From a virus (taxonomy: Duplodnaviria; Caudoviricetes), in the IMG/VR virus record IMGVR_UViG_3300041411_000177, positions 16,477 through 80,476 of that record: a stretch of DNA of 64,000 nt. One strand, written 5' to 3'. Both the position numbers and the translations under genes were made by a program. The notes beneath the pieces were generated by a model. The model did not search any database. It was not told the DNA's origin and saw nothing but the letters and a program-made list of their open reading frames with translations. Below are positions 46,499 to 54,847 of this stretch, in pieces; position 1 is the stretch's first letter, and each line of letters opens with the position of its first letter.

Positions 46499-48607
46499 AT
46501 GGCTGAAAAGAAAGTGAAACCCAAGGCGAAGGCTGATCCAGCCATCGAAGGGAAAAAGCTCAAGAAAACGAAAGTTGCTGAAGGTGTGGAAAAAACCACC
46601 AAGAAAAAGAAATCAGCATCGCAGGAAGACTTCACGATTCACGAAGGTCTGGCCGGTATCCGTGCAAAACCTTCCATGTACCTTGGCGAGCAAGGCGCAC
46701 CGATGGCGTACCGCTGCCTGAAAGAAGGCGTGGATAACTGCTACGACGAACACATTGCCGGTCGCAACAAAGTAATCGAAGTTATTCTGGATTACGACAC
46801 CGGTTGCTACATCGTGGCCGACCAAGCTGGCGGCATTCCCACCGATTTCATGAAACTGAAATCTGGCGAGAAAATTTCGATCATGACTGCCGCGTACACC
46901 AAAACGCACGCAGGCGCAAAATTCAACGACAAGGCCTACAAAACTTCGGCGGGTACTCACGGTATCGGTATGTCCGCAGTTAACGCCGTGTCCGAGCGCA
47001 TGCGTGTGTGGACAACGTATAACGGCAAGCTGGCGACACAAACATACAGCAAAGGCGAAATCGTTCCGGGGCCGAAGAAAGACCTGCACCCGTACATCGT
47101 GAAAGCGGTGGACAAGGATGTAATGGGCCACCTGAAAGACAAGCTGAAAAAATACGGTACGATTGTCGCAATCGAACTGGATCAGACCGTCGTTTCTGAA
47201 GACGCGAAAGCCGGTAAACTTCCGAAGAGTTTCAAAGTCGCAGAACCGAACTCGGCTGAAGTCGGAATGTGGCTGAATAATGTTGCGATGTTGAACCCCG
47301 GTCTGGAAATTCGGTTCTCGACAATTCGCAAGGGCAAGCGCAAAGACGAACTCTATCTGAACAAAAAGGATTTGGCGTTCGTTCCGAAAAACATGTGCGA
47401 CCTGCGCGACCTCACACCGCAAGGCAAGACGTTCATTTTCAAAAGCGACAACATCACGTGTGCGCTGGTCTGGTCTGATCACACCGACGCCGATAACTTC
47501 CTGACATTCGTAAACACTTCGCCAACCGTAGACGGTGGCTGGCACGTAACGGGTTTCACCGCTGCACTTTCCAAGGCCGTGAAAAAACATGTGCCTGAAA
47601 AGAAACCAGCGAAAGGAAAAGGCAAGTCGCAAGGTTATACCGGTTCCGACCTGCTGATCGGCCTGACGGGCATGTTCGACTGGCGTATGCACGGCGCGGC
47701 GTACACGTCGCAGGTAAAAGATAAACTCAGTTCGAAAGTAGACAAAGAAGTCGAAGACATTATGTTCCCGGCTTTCGACAAATACTTCACTGATAACCCG
47801 AAGGTCGCGAAAGACATTATCAAGCGCGCCATGATCATGAACAAAGGCCGTGAAGAACTGGCCGCTGTCGTGCGTTCCATGGCTGACGTGAAAAAGCAGG
47901 GCAAGGGAACACTGCCGATCAAGCTCGCACAAAGCCCGCACTGCAAACCGTGGGAACGTGAATTGTTTGTGGTGGAAGGTGACTCTGCAAAAGGCCCGTC
48001 TGTTGACGCTCGCGAAGTTTATTATCAGGAAGTTTTGGCAGCCGGTGGTAAACCACTCAACGCGCTGAAAGCTCCGATTGCGAAAATCATCACGCACAAA
48101 GATATTTCGGCATTCCTGATTGCGATGGGTGCCGATATCAAAACCCTCGATCCGAAAGACGAACGCCCGAAACTCAGCACCGAAAAACTTCGTGTGAAAT
48201 CCATCCTGTTGCTGGTTGACCCTGACCCGGATGGCGGGCACATCGCAGTTCTTTATCTCGCAGTTATTTATCGACTGCTTCCGGATCTTTTCCGTGAAGG
48301 TCGTGTGTTCTGCGTACAGGCTCCACTTTACGCTGCGCTGGATTCGAAAGGCGCACTCTATGGCGGTATGACTTTCGACGAATGCCGGAAGGCCACACCG
48401 AAAACCGTAAAGGATCAGGACATTGTGCGTATCAAAGGTTGGGGGGAAGTTGGCCCGGAATATATCGGCCCGATTGCCTTCGATCCAAAATATCGCAAGC
48501 TGATTCAAATCAACCCGTTTGCCAGCGCCGCCGATGAACAGTGGTTCCGTGCCGTGGTTTCGGAAGACGCTGTGAACCGTCGCAAATTGTTGGGGCTTGA
48601 AGACTAA
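46499..48607 (+). CDS. gyrB: Type IIA topoisomerase ATPase/TOPRIM subunit (GyrB/ParE-like)
   Basis: IRAKPSMYLG, EGVDNCYDE, GGIP, THAGAKF, GTHGIG, VEGDSA, DPDPDGGHI, RIKGWGE. Confidence 0.93.
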   Translation: MAEKKVKPKAKADPAIEGKKLKKTKVAEGVEKTTKKKKSASQEDFTIHEGLAGIRAKPSMYLGEQGAPMAYRCLKEGVDNCYDEHIAGRNKVIEVILDYDTGCYIVADQAGGIPTDFMKLKSGEKISIMTAAYTKTHAGAKFNDKAYKTSAGTHGIGMSAVNAVSERMRVWTTYNGKLATQTYSKGEIVPGPKKDLHPYIVKAVDKDVMGHLKDKLKKYGTIVAIELDQTVVSEDAKAGKLPKSFKVAEPNSAEVGMWLNNVAMLNPGLEIRFSTIRKGKRKDELYLNKKDLAFVPKNMCDLRDLTPQGKTFIFKSDNITCALVWSDHTDADNFLTFVNTSPTVDGGWHVTGFTAALSKAVKKHVPEKKPAKGKGKSQGYTGSDLLIGLTGMFDWRMHGAAYTSQVKDKLSSKVDKEVEDIMFPAFDKYFTDNPKVAKDIIKRAMIMNKGREELAAVVRSMADVKKQGKGTLPIKLAQSPHCKPWERELFVVEGDSAKGPSVDAREVYYQEVLAAGGKPLNALKAPIAKIITHKDISAFLIAMGADIKTLDPKDERPKLSTEKLRVKSILLLVDPDPDGGHIAVLYLAVIYRLLPDLFREGRVFCVQAPLYAALDSKGALYGGMTFDECRKATPKTVKDQDIVRIKGWGEVGPEYIGPIAFDPKYRKLIQINPFASAADEQWFRAVVSEDAVNRRKLLGLED

Positions 48608-48924
48608 TGGTTAATATTTCTGATCTGAATTTGCAGCAACTGAAAAAAGCTGTCGTGGTGGCCCGTTCGATTATCGAAACCGAACTGCTTCCGTCTGTGC
48701 GTGAATTGCGTGGCGATCCGGTTGGCCCTCTGCCCAATTTCCCGAACGGCACCGCAAGTGCCTGCCTGCACTCTCTTGAGCAGCTTGCGGGCATCCACAA
48801 AAAATACACCGATCAAATTGCAGCACACTCGATTGAGTACAGCAACGAAGATTGGCAACGAGTGGCCGCCGCATTGAAAACCCTCGGCATTTCCGCCGCT
48901 GACTTGTCGGGGGAATTCGACTGA
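48607..48924 (+). CDS. Hypothetical protein between the topoisomerase subunits
   Basis: 105 aa; TAATG/TGATG couplings on both sides. Confidence 0.72.
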   Translation: MVNISDLNLQQLKKAVVVARSIIETELLPSVRELRGDPVGPLPNFPNGTASACLHSLEQLAGIHKKYTDQIAAHSIEYSNEDWQRVAAALKTLGISAADLSGEFD

Positions 48925-50522
48925 TGGCAAAGGTTAAAACCAAAACGAAAGAATTGGCGAAGGTGAAGAAATCTTCGTCGCTCACGAAAATGAGCAAAGC
49001 CGTCGCGAAGACTCCGCTTCTGAAATTCATCACGTTGGCTCGCGAAACCAAACAACAAACGATCAACGAATTTTCCGATAAAGCCCTGCACATCTACGGT
49101 TCCTACGTGGTGGAAGACCGGGCCGTTCCGGACTTCCGCGATGGTTTGAAACCAGTTCACCGCGCCGTGTTGTGGGCACTGCAAGGTTTGAAACTGCACC
49201 ACTCGGGCGGGTTTAAAAAAGCTGCGCGTACTGTCGGTGATGCAATCGGTAAATATCACCCGCACGGTGACAGCGCCTGTTACGGCGCAATGGTGACAAT
49301 TGCGAACAGCAACCCGCCGCTGGTATGGGGCCAAGGTGGTTGGGGTAAACCAGACGGCACGCAGGCATCCGCGTATCGTTATACCGAAGCGAAGAAATCG
49401 AAATTCGCAGATACCTTTTTGCTCGATGCGCAGTATCTGAAAGTCGTGCCGATGGGAACGAACTTTTCCAACGACGAAGAACTGCCGCTGTATCTGCCTG
49501 CACTGCTGCCAACTTTGCTTTTCCTCACATCGACGCCGCCCCCGGCCTACGGCGTGAAAGTCGGCAACCCTGCGTTTTCTGTCGGCACCGTTTCGAAAGT
49601 CATAATCGACATGTTGAACGGTAAATCGTACACGGCGAAGAAATTGTCGGATACGTTGAAAATCGTACACCCGTATGGCTGTATCGACGTTTCGTCTGAC
49701 GCCGCAATCGAAGAATTGATGGCGACCGGCAAAGGCTCTGTGCAGTACATGCCGCTCATGGAATACGACATTCCAAATCGCATAATCCGTATTCGTTCTT
49801 TCTGTCCGGGCACGCTGTCCGGTGAAGAAGGTCTGGACAAGGCGCTACAAAAACTGGCGAATATCGAAGGCGTGAAAAACGCATCGAACACGTCCGGTAA
49901 AAAGAACAAACATGCTGGCCCATACGGCGCATCGTTGGAAGTTGCTTGTCCGAAAAACATGGACGAAGAAACATTCGACGAAGTGTGTGCGAAAGTAGAC
50001 AGGATGGTTAAAAGTTCTGTCAGCTACCGTCTCGGTATCACGATCCGTCGTCTCGGTGACGAAACCAACAAATTCAAATACGTGAACTATGTCGATTATT
50101 TCGGCGCGTGGATCAAGTATCGCATCAAGCTCGAAGAACGGCTGATCGCTTTCCTGCTGGCGAAGGCTGCGCGTGAACTGCACTTGAACGAAGTGTATTT
50201 GTACGCGGTGAAGAATCGTGAAAAACTGCTGAAAGCTCTGCCGAAAGTTCTGGCGTCGAAAACCCCTGCTGCCGTTCTGGCGAAGGCGTTGAGCATGCCT
50301 GTCGAAGACGCAGAAATCATCCTTGAGCGGAAAGTGAAACAACTGGCCGCGCTGGAAGCTGACGAACTTGAAAAGAAAATCAAGGGCATCAAAGCAGAAA
50401 TCAAGGTTCTGAAGCTCGACGCAAAAGAACCGGGCAAGCGGGCTGCGCTGGATACTGCCGAGCGCGTGAAAAACTACCTGAAGAAACCTGACCCGACTGT
50501 TTCGGGCATCAAGGTTGAGTGA
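48924..50522 (+). CDS. gyrA: Type IIA topoisomerase cleavage subunit (GyrA/ParC-like, no beta-pinwheel CTD)
   Basis: RAVPDFRDGLKPVHR, VGDAIGKYHPHGDSA, active site SAYRYTE; ends at 532 aa. Confidence 0.93.
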   Translation: MAKVKTKTKELAKVKKSSSLTKMSKAVAKTPLLKFITLARETKQQTINEFSDKALHIYGSYVVEDRAVPDFRDGLKPVHRAVLWALQGLKLHHSGGFKKAARTVGDAIGKYHPHGDSACYGAMVTIANSNPPLVWGQGGWGKPDGTQASAYRYTEAKKSKFADTFLLDAQYLKVVPMGTNFSNDEELPLYLPALLPTLLFLTSTPPPAYGVKVGNPAFSVGTVSKVIIDMLNGKSYTAKKLSDTLKIVHPYGCIDVSSDAAIEELMATGKGSVQYMPLMEYDIPNRIIRIRSFCPGTLSGEEGLDKALQKLANIEGVKNASNTSGKKNKHAGPYGASLEVACPKNMDEETFDEVCAKVDRMVKSSVSYRLGITIRRLGDETNKFKYVNYVDYFGAWIKYRIKLEERLIAFLLAKAARELHLNEVYLYAVKNREKLLKALPKVLASKTPAAVLAKALSMPVEDAEIILERKVKQLAALEADELEKKIKGIKAEIKVLKLDAKEPGKRAALDTAERVKNYLKKPDPTVSGIKVE

Positions 50523-51054
50523 GGTTGTAATGGAAGTTAAAGAAGCCGAAAAAATCTACGTGCATGGTTCGGACATTGCTTTCAACACGATCATTTATTG
50601 TTTCATGCGTGCGTATCACCTGCCGACCCTCGAAGGACAGGAAATGCCGCTGAAAGATACGTGGTTTGCAATTCCTGCCGTGAAGCACGGGCCGATTATC
50701 CATCTGGTGAATCCGAATATCGAGTTCACCGCCCTGATGATGATCGACCGGGAAGGCCGCGTGGTGAAAGCTGCGCGGGTCAACCCAAATACTGCGCCGA
50801 CGTTGAGCGAATTCGAGCTGGGCGAAATCCAGAAAGAAATGTTCGACGTTCCTATGTGGGAAAAAACGCAGCAAAAAGCATTTCCTTACGATTCGATGTT
50901 CGACAAAGCGAAGGTCGCAGAACGGTTCCGTGAATCCGGGGCCACCACTGCAACCGCGATGAATATCGAATCCAGCAACATCACTTACCAAGAAATCCGC
51001 AAGAAGGTGCAGCCTCGGCCTTGCACCACTTGTGGCGGGAATCGCAAACGATGA
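50515..51054 (+). CDS. Hypothetical protein
   Basis: 179 aa, C-terminal CTTCGG. Confidence 0.72.
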   Translation: MSEVVMEVKEAEKIYVHGSDIAFNTIIYCFMRAYHLPTLEGQEMPLKDTWFAIPAVKHGPIIHLVNPNIEFTALMMIDREGRVVKAARVNPNTAPTLSEFELGEIQKEMFDVPMWEKTQQKAFPYDSMFDKAKVAERFRESGATTATAMNIESSNITYQEIRKKVQPRPCTTCGGNRKR

Positions 51055-51530
51055 GCTACCAACCAGACTTCCAATATCTTTACGATGAATTGCGTGAGGC
51101 GTTGGGGGTTTCACCAGACCAGATGGTTACGGTCGAAGCAGTTCGTGAAAACTTCGACAAAAATTGCACGCCGAAAATGGTTGTGGCTTACATTGCACTC
51201 GCATTCCAGTCGTACACGAACTGCTACAAGGAAGGGAAGCTGACTCCCGAACAGGCCGTCGCTTTGTTCAAAGATGGTCAAGCGATTTCGAATTACATCG
51301 ACCGTGTTCTGTCACAGGAACATCCGATGGACAAACGGTTTCTGCTTCGCTACATGGAACAGGCGGCAATGCGCTACGGGCATCCGGAAATGACCAATGT
51401 CGGGTATGGTCACGTGGTGGTTTATAGCCGCGTGCCATTCGTTGGTGATGAATACAAAACCTTCGACAATTCCCTTTACGTTCCGCCATTGACTGGCTAT
51501 TGGGCCATCGTGAAACGGAACGGGCGCTAA
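51051..51530 (+). CDS. Hypothetical protein
   Basis: Start MSYQPDF (51051), ATGA overlap. Confidence 0.72.
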   Translation: MSYQPDFQYLYDELREALGVSPDQMVTVEAVRENFDKNCTPKMVVAYIALAFQSYTNCYKEGKLTPEQAVALFKDGQAISNYIDRVLSQEHPMDKRFLLRYMEQAAMRYGHPEMTNVGYGHVVVYSRVPFVGDEYKTFDNSLYVPPLTGYWAIVKRNGR

Positions 51531-51539
51531 ACTGTAAAT
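51530..51539 (+). promoter_or_regulatory. AACTGTAAAT motif followed by a 9-bp hairpin
   Basis: TATGGCAGG...CCTGCCATA at 51541..51572. Confidence 0.65.
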
Positions 51540-51577
51540 ATATGGCAGGACAACAGATTATTGCCTGCCATATTTCC

Positions 51578-51826
51578 ATGAGGTGTGCAGTGGACGAACC
51601 AAGTTTGCATCGCTTGTTGGATCAGGTTGAAATCGCTTACGAAATGTCAATTCAATTCAATGAACCCGCAGAAACCGCGCACCATAAAATGCGCAGCGCA
51701 GCGAAGGCCACGATTGTGAATGGGCACATTCCCCGTGAAACTTTTCTTTATGCGGAAATGTTTATGTCGGCTGCTGACCCGCACGCTTGCCTAATCAGCG
51801 CCCGCCGCCTATTCCCTCAGTTGTAG
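51578..51826 (+). CDS. Hypothetical protein
   Basis: Start uncertain (51543 or 51578). Confidence 0.5.
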   Translation: MRCAVDEPSLHRLLDQVEIAYEMSIQFNEPAETAHHKMRSAAKATIVNGHIPRETFLYAEMFMSAADPHACLISARRLFPQL

Positions 51827-51833
51827 GTGCTGC

Positions 51834-52244
51834 ATGAAAATCATTCTGGCGACGACGAATCGAGTTCACAAAGGCGAAACCTTTTTGGAATCGGTGAACA
51901 TGGAAGGCCCCGGCGCACAACCCCTGCTGATCCAGTTGTTTATGGATCGTGGCCGTCTGATGATCACGCATCACAAAGACCGTTCTGTTTTTCATAATTC
52001 AGAACTACTGGATTCGATCCCCTCAATATGCGAACGCGTGCCGAAAGGGAAAGCAGCGGTCGGAACCGATGGCACCCATGCGTTTGTTGTGGTGCCTTAC
52101 GGAAAGGAACGACTGACCAACGCTTTAATTCGCAGCGCCCGTGCTTTTCGCATGGTGCGTAAACCCGTGCGGATAATCGACACCGTGGCCGACTTGCTAA
52201 ATACGCATACGGAACTGCCCGACGATCCCCGCTTCAAGGATTAA
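51834..52244 (+). CDS. Hypothetical protein
   Basis: 136 aa, AGGT SD. Confidence 0.7.
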   Translation: MKIILATTNRVHKGETFLESVNMEGPGAQPLLIQLFMDRGRLMITHHKDRSVFHNSELLDSIPSICERVPKGKAAVGTDGTHAFVVVPYGKERLTNALIRSARAFRMVRKPVRIIDTVADLLNTHTELPDDPRFKD

Positions 52245-52246
52245 CC

Positions 52247-53083
52247 ATGACGCTTTTATCAGTGGACGGCACGAACACGATGCACCGTGCGTATCACGCA
52301 GTACGGCCCTTGAGTTACCGGGGATTCCCGACGAACGTAATCAGCGGATATTTTTCGATTCTGCGTTCGAATCTCAAGATTTCAGGCGCGACCCATTGCC
52401 TGAACTGTTTTGACCGGCCCGGCGAAAACTTCCGGCATCGCCTGCACCCCGAGTACAAAGGCAAACGCATTAAAGATCCTGCAAAAAGCGAAGCACTGGC
52501 AAAACAAATGCCTGTCATTGTGGAATTGCTAGATGCGATGGGTTTCGCCGTGTTCGGAAAATTCGGCGTTGAGGCTGACGACGTAATTGGTTCGACCGCA
52601 CGCCGTTACAAGGGCGGTCTGGCCTATATCCTTTCCGGGGATAAAGATTTTGCACAGGAATTGATTGATCCACACGTGCGATTGATTAACCCGAATAAGA
52701 AACTGACCGTTAGTCGCAAAAACTGTAAAGAAATATACGGGGTTGAAGCAAAAAGGATGATTGATTTCCTTATGCTCGACGGCGACAGCATTGATAACAT
52801 TCCGGGCGTGCCCGGTGTGGGCGGAAAGACCGCAATCAAACTGATCGAAGAGTTCGGAAAGGCTGAAAAGATTCCATTCGACCGCTTTCCAAAGAAGGCG
52901 CGAGAAACTGTAAATATAAAAGAGATTCTGAAACTCAATCGACAGCTTGTAACCATACGGCAAGACCTGTACGATGCGAATGCGGAATTGGACTTATCAA
53001 TTTCTAAAGTGAACGTGAAAGCATTCACGCGCATTTGTGACAAATACGGATTGGATGCATTGAAAAAGTCCTTCCTGAAGTAA
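52247..53083 (+). CDS. 5'-3' exonuclease / flap endonuclease (PolA N-terminal domain-like)
   Basis: LSVDG, FD, EADDVIG, SGDKDF, DGDSIDNIPGVPGVGGKTA. Confidence 0.93.
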   Translation: MTLLSVDGTNTMHRAYHAVRPLSYRGFPTNVISGYFSILRSNLKISGATHCLNCFDRPGENFRHRLHPEYKGKRIKDPAKSEALAKQMPVIVELLDAMGFAVFGKFGVEADDVIGSTARRYKGGLAYILSGDKDFAQELIDPHVRLINPNKKLTVSRKNCKEIYGVEAKRMIDFLMLDGDSIDNIPGVPGVGGKTAIKLIEEFGKAEKIPFDRFPKKARETVNIKEILKLNRQLVTIRQDLYDANAELDLSISKVNVKAFTRICDKYGLDALKKSFLK

Positions 53084-53152
53084 ACGCGGGAACCATACCT
53101 GCAAATCACCGGCAATAACGCCGACCACGCTGGAACGTAAAGAGAGAAAATC

Positions 53153-53746
53153 ATGACCGAAGTAGCCGTAGTAAAACTGTCGAAGAACGAAACCGCCGCT
53201 GTCAAAGCTGTTGCCAACGCCGCCAAAACCCTCGACGGTCTGAAAGCTGACCTGAAAGTTGCACAGGGCGTTGTTCGCACCAACTCGAAACTGGCTCTGA
53301 CCACCGCGCCGAAAGTCGTCGCCAATCTGCAAAAGAACGCCGGTTCCGTTGTCGAAACCCTGCAACAAGCTGTGCTGGCCGCAACCGCCGAACTGACCGA
53401 CGCGAAAAACGCGCTGACCTCCGTTCGCACTACCGAAAAAGCAGAAGCTGTGCAGAAAGCAAAAGACGCCAAAGCCAAACAGCGCGAAGCTGACAAAGCA
53501 GCCGCTGTAAAAGCCAAAGCCGCAACCGCACCTGTCGTCGCCGCTGCCCCGGCCAAAGCTGCCAAAGCTCCGAAAGCTGCCGCCGTTGTTGCACCTGCTG
53601 CCAAAGTTGCCAAGGCTCCGAAAGCCAAAGCTGCCACCGTTGCTGTTGCCCCGGCCAAAGCCGTGAAAGCCAAAGCGCCGAAAGCTGCTGCCGTTGCTGC
53701 GCCGAAAGCCAAAGCTGCAAAACCTGCCGCTAAAGCCAAAGCCTAA
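53153..53746 (+). CDS. Histone H1/AlgP/PhaF-like Ala-Lys-Pro protein
   Basis: Helical N-terminal 110 aa, then AKAPKA(AAV) repeats; extreme codon bias; own terminator. Confidence 0.8.
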   Translation: MTEVAVVKLSKNETAAVKAVANAAKTLDGLKADLKVAQGVVRTNSKLALTTAPKVVANLQKNAGSVVETLQQAVLAATAELTDAKNALTSVRTTEKAEAVQKAKDAKAKQREADKAAAVKAKAATAPVVAAAPAKAAKAPKAAAVVAPAAKVAKAPKAKAATVAVAPAKAVKAKAPKAAAVAAPKAKAAKPAAKAKA

Positions 53747-53776
53747 GATCCATCGCGGGTCTGTTGTAGCAAAACC

Positions 53777-53806
53777 AAAAGCGGCCTAGAAATAGGTCGC
53801 TTTTTT
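53777..53806 (+). terminator. Intrinsic terminator
   Basis: AAAAGCGGCCTA-GAAA-TAGGTCGCTTTTTT. Confidence 0.88.
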
Positions 53807-53826
53807 ACTTTCTGCGGGAGAAAAAC

Positions 53827-54627
53827 ATGTTCAACGCTAGCGGAATTGTTCAAAACATTCTGAGTGGCAGCCTCACCTATTCTGAATTGCTGCGCGATAT
53901 CGCCACTGTGCAGCAAATGAGTTCGAATGCCATCGGTGCAGATTACATTGTCAATATGCTGGCCGCTCTCGGTTGCCGTCTTTCTCTCGACGGTGAAAAA
54001 CTTGTCACCGTTCCTTTTGACGCCAGCGTTACCGTTACCACACCAAATCATATGCGTGCGGCTGGGAATGACCTCCCGTTCATTAAATCCGAGCCGTTCG
54101 TTTTGCTGCCTAACTGGCAGGATCTTTATGCACGCGTCGAAGTTATGCTGCCCGGCAAAACGGAATCGCTGCTGGTGATCGCGTTCCGTGAAACCCTGAA
54201 CATGCAAAACGCATTTGCTAATCAGGGCCGCCGCGTTCCATCGCAAATGGTTTGCTTCCCTGTCATGAGTTTGAATGACGGCAAGGTCAAACTGGCGCGC
54301 ATGTCGTTCTTCAGTTTCGTTAAGAGTTCGGCGGCCTTCTTGAATGGTGGAGCCTGCACCATCGTCGGCCACCACGCCCGCAAACGCATTCAAGCCTGCA
54401 CCGCGCAACTGAATCACAGCCATGACCCTGTTAAGGCATTGGCCGAAGCTGAAAGCGCGTTGCAATCGTTGCGCGCTGATTACCAGCAACCTAATACCCT
54501 TACCTATGAACAGGGCTGCATGCTGCGTACCTTGCTGGATACCCGCAAGCGCAATGCAAAGGCCATTCAGGCAGGTATGGGCACCGTACACAATGAACCA
54601 AAGGGCCAAGGCGCTAATCCCGCTTGA
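53827..54627 (+). CDS. Hypothetical protein
   Basis: 266 aa, GGAG SD. Confidence 0.75.
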   Translation: MFNASGIVQNILSGSLTYSELLRDIATVQQMSSNAIGADYIVNMLAALGCRLSLDGEKLVTVPFDASVTVTTPNHMRAAGNDLPFIKSEPFVLLPNWQDLYARVEVMLPGKTESLLVIAFRETLNMQNAFANQGRRVPSQMVCFPVMSLNDGKVKLARMSFFSFVKSSAAFLNGGACTIVGHHARKRIQACTAQLNHSHDPVKALAEAESALQSLRADYQQPNTLTYEQGCMLRTLLDTRKRNAKAIQAGMGTVHNEPKGQGANPA

Positions 54628-54847
54628 CCCAATGAAGGCCCTTTGATACCGTGGGGGCCTTCCGTAACGTTTTGTGCCTGATGCATTAGCGCTCACGGAA
54701 TAAGGGAAGTTTGTAGTTGCTGCCTTATATAGGCATGCGCCGCCGCCTGTTCTGCGATGAGCGTTTGCCGTTGGTAGTTCGCCGCCCTCGGCAAATGCAC
54801 AGTCGATAAACGACACTAACGAAATTTGGAAAGTTGGAGATTTGGAA

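Noticed and set aside
54635-54841. Hairpin and 200-nt leader before 54848 as a riboswitch or ncRNA
   Set aside because: Only one clear stem (AAGGCCC...GGGCCTT), no recognisable aptamer; insufficient support
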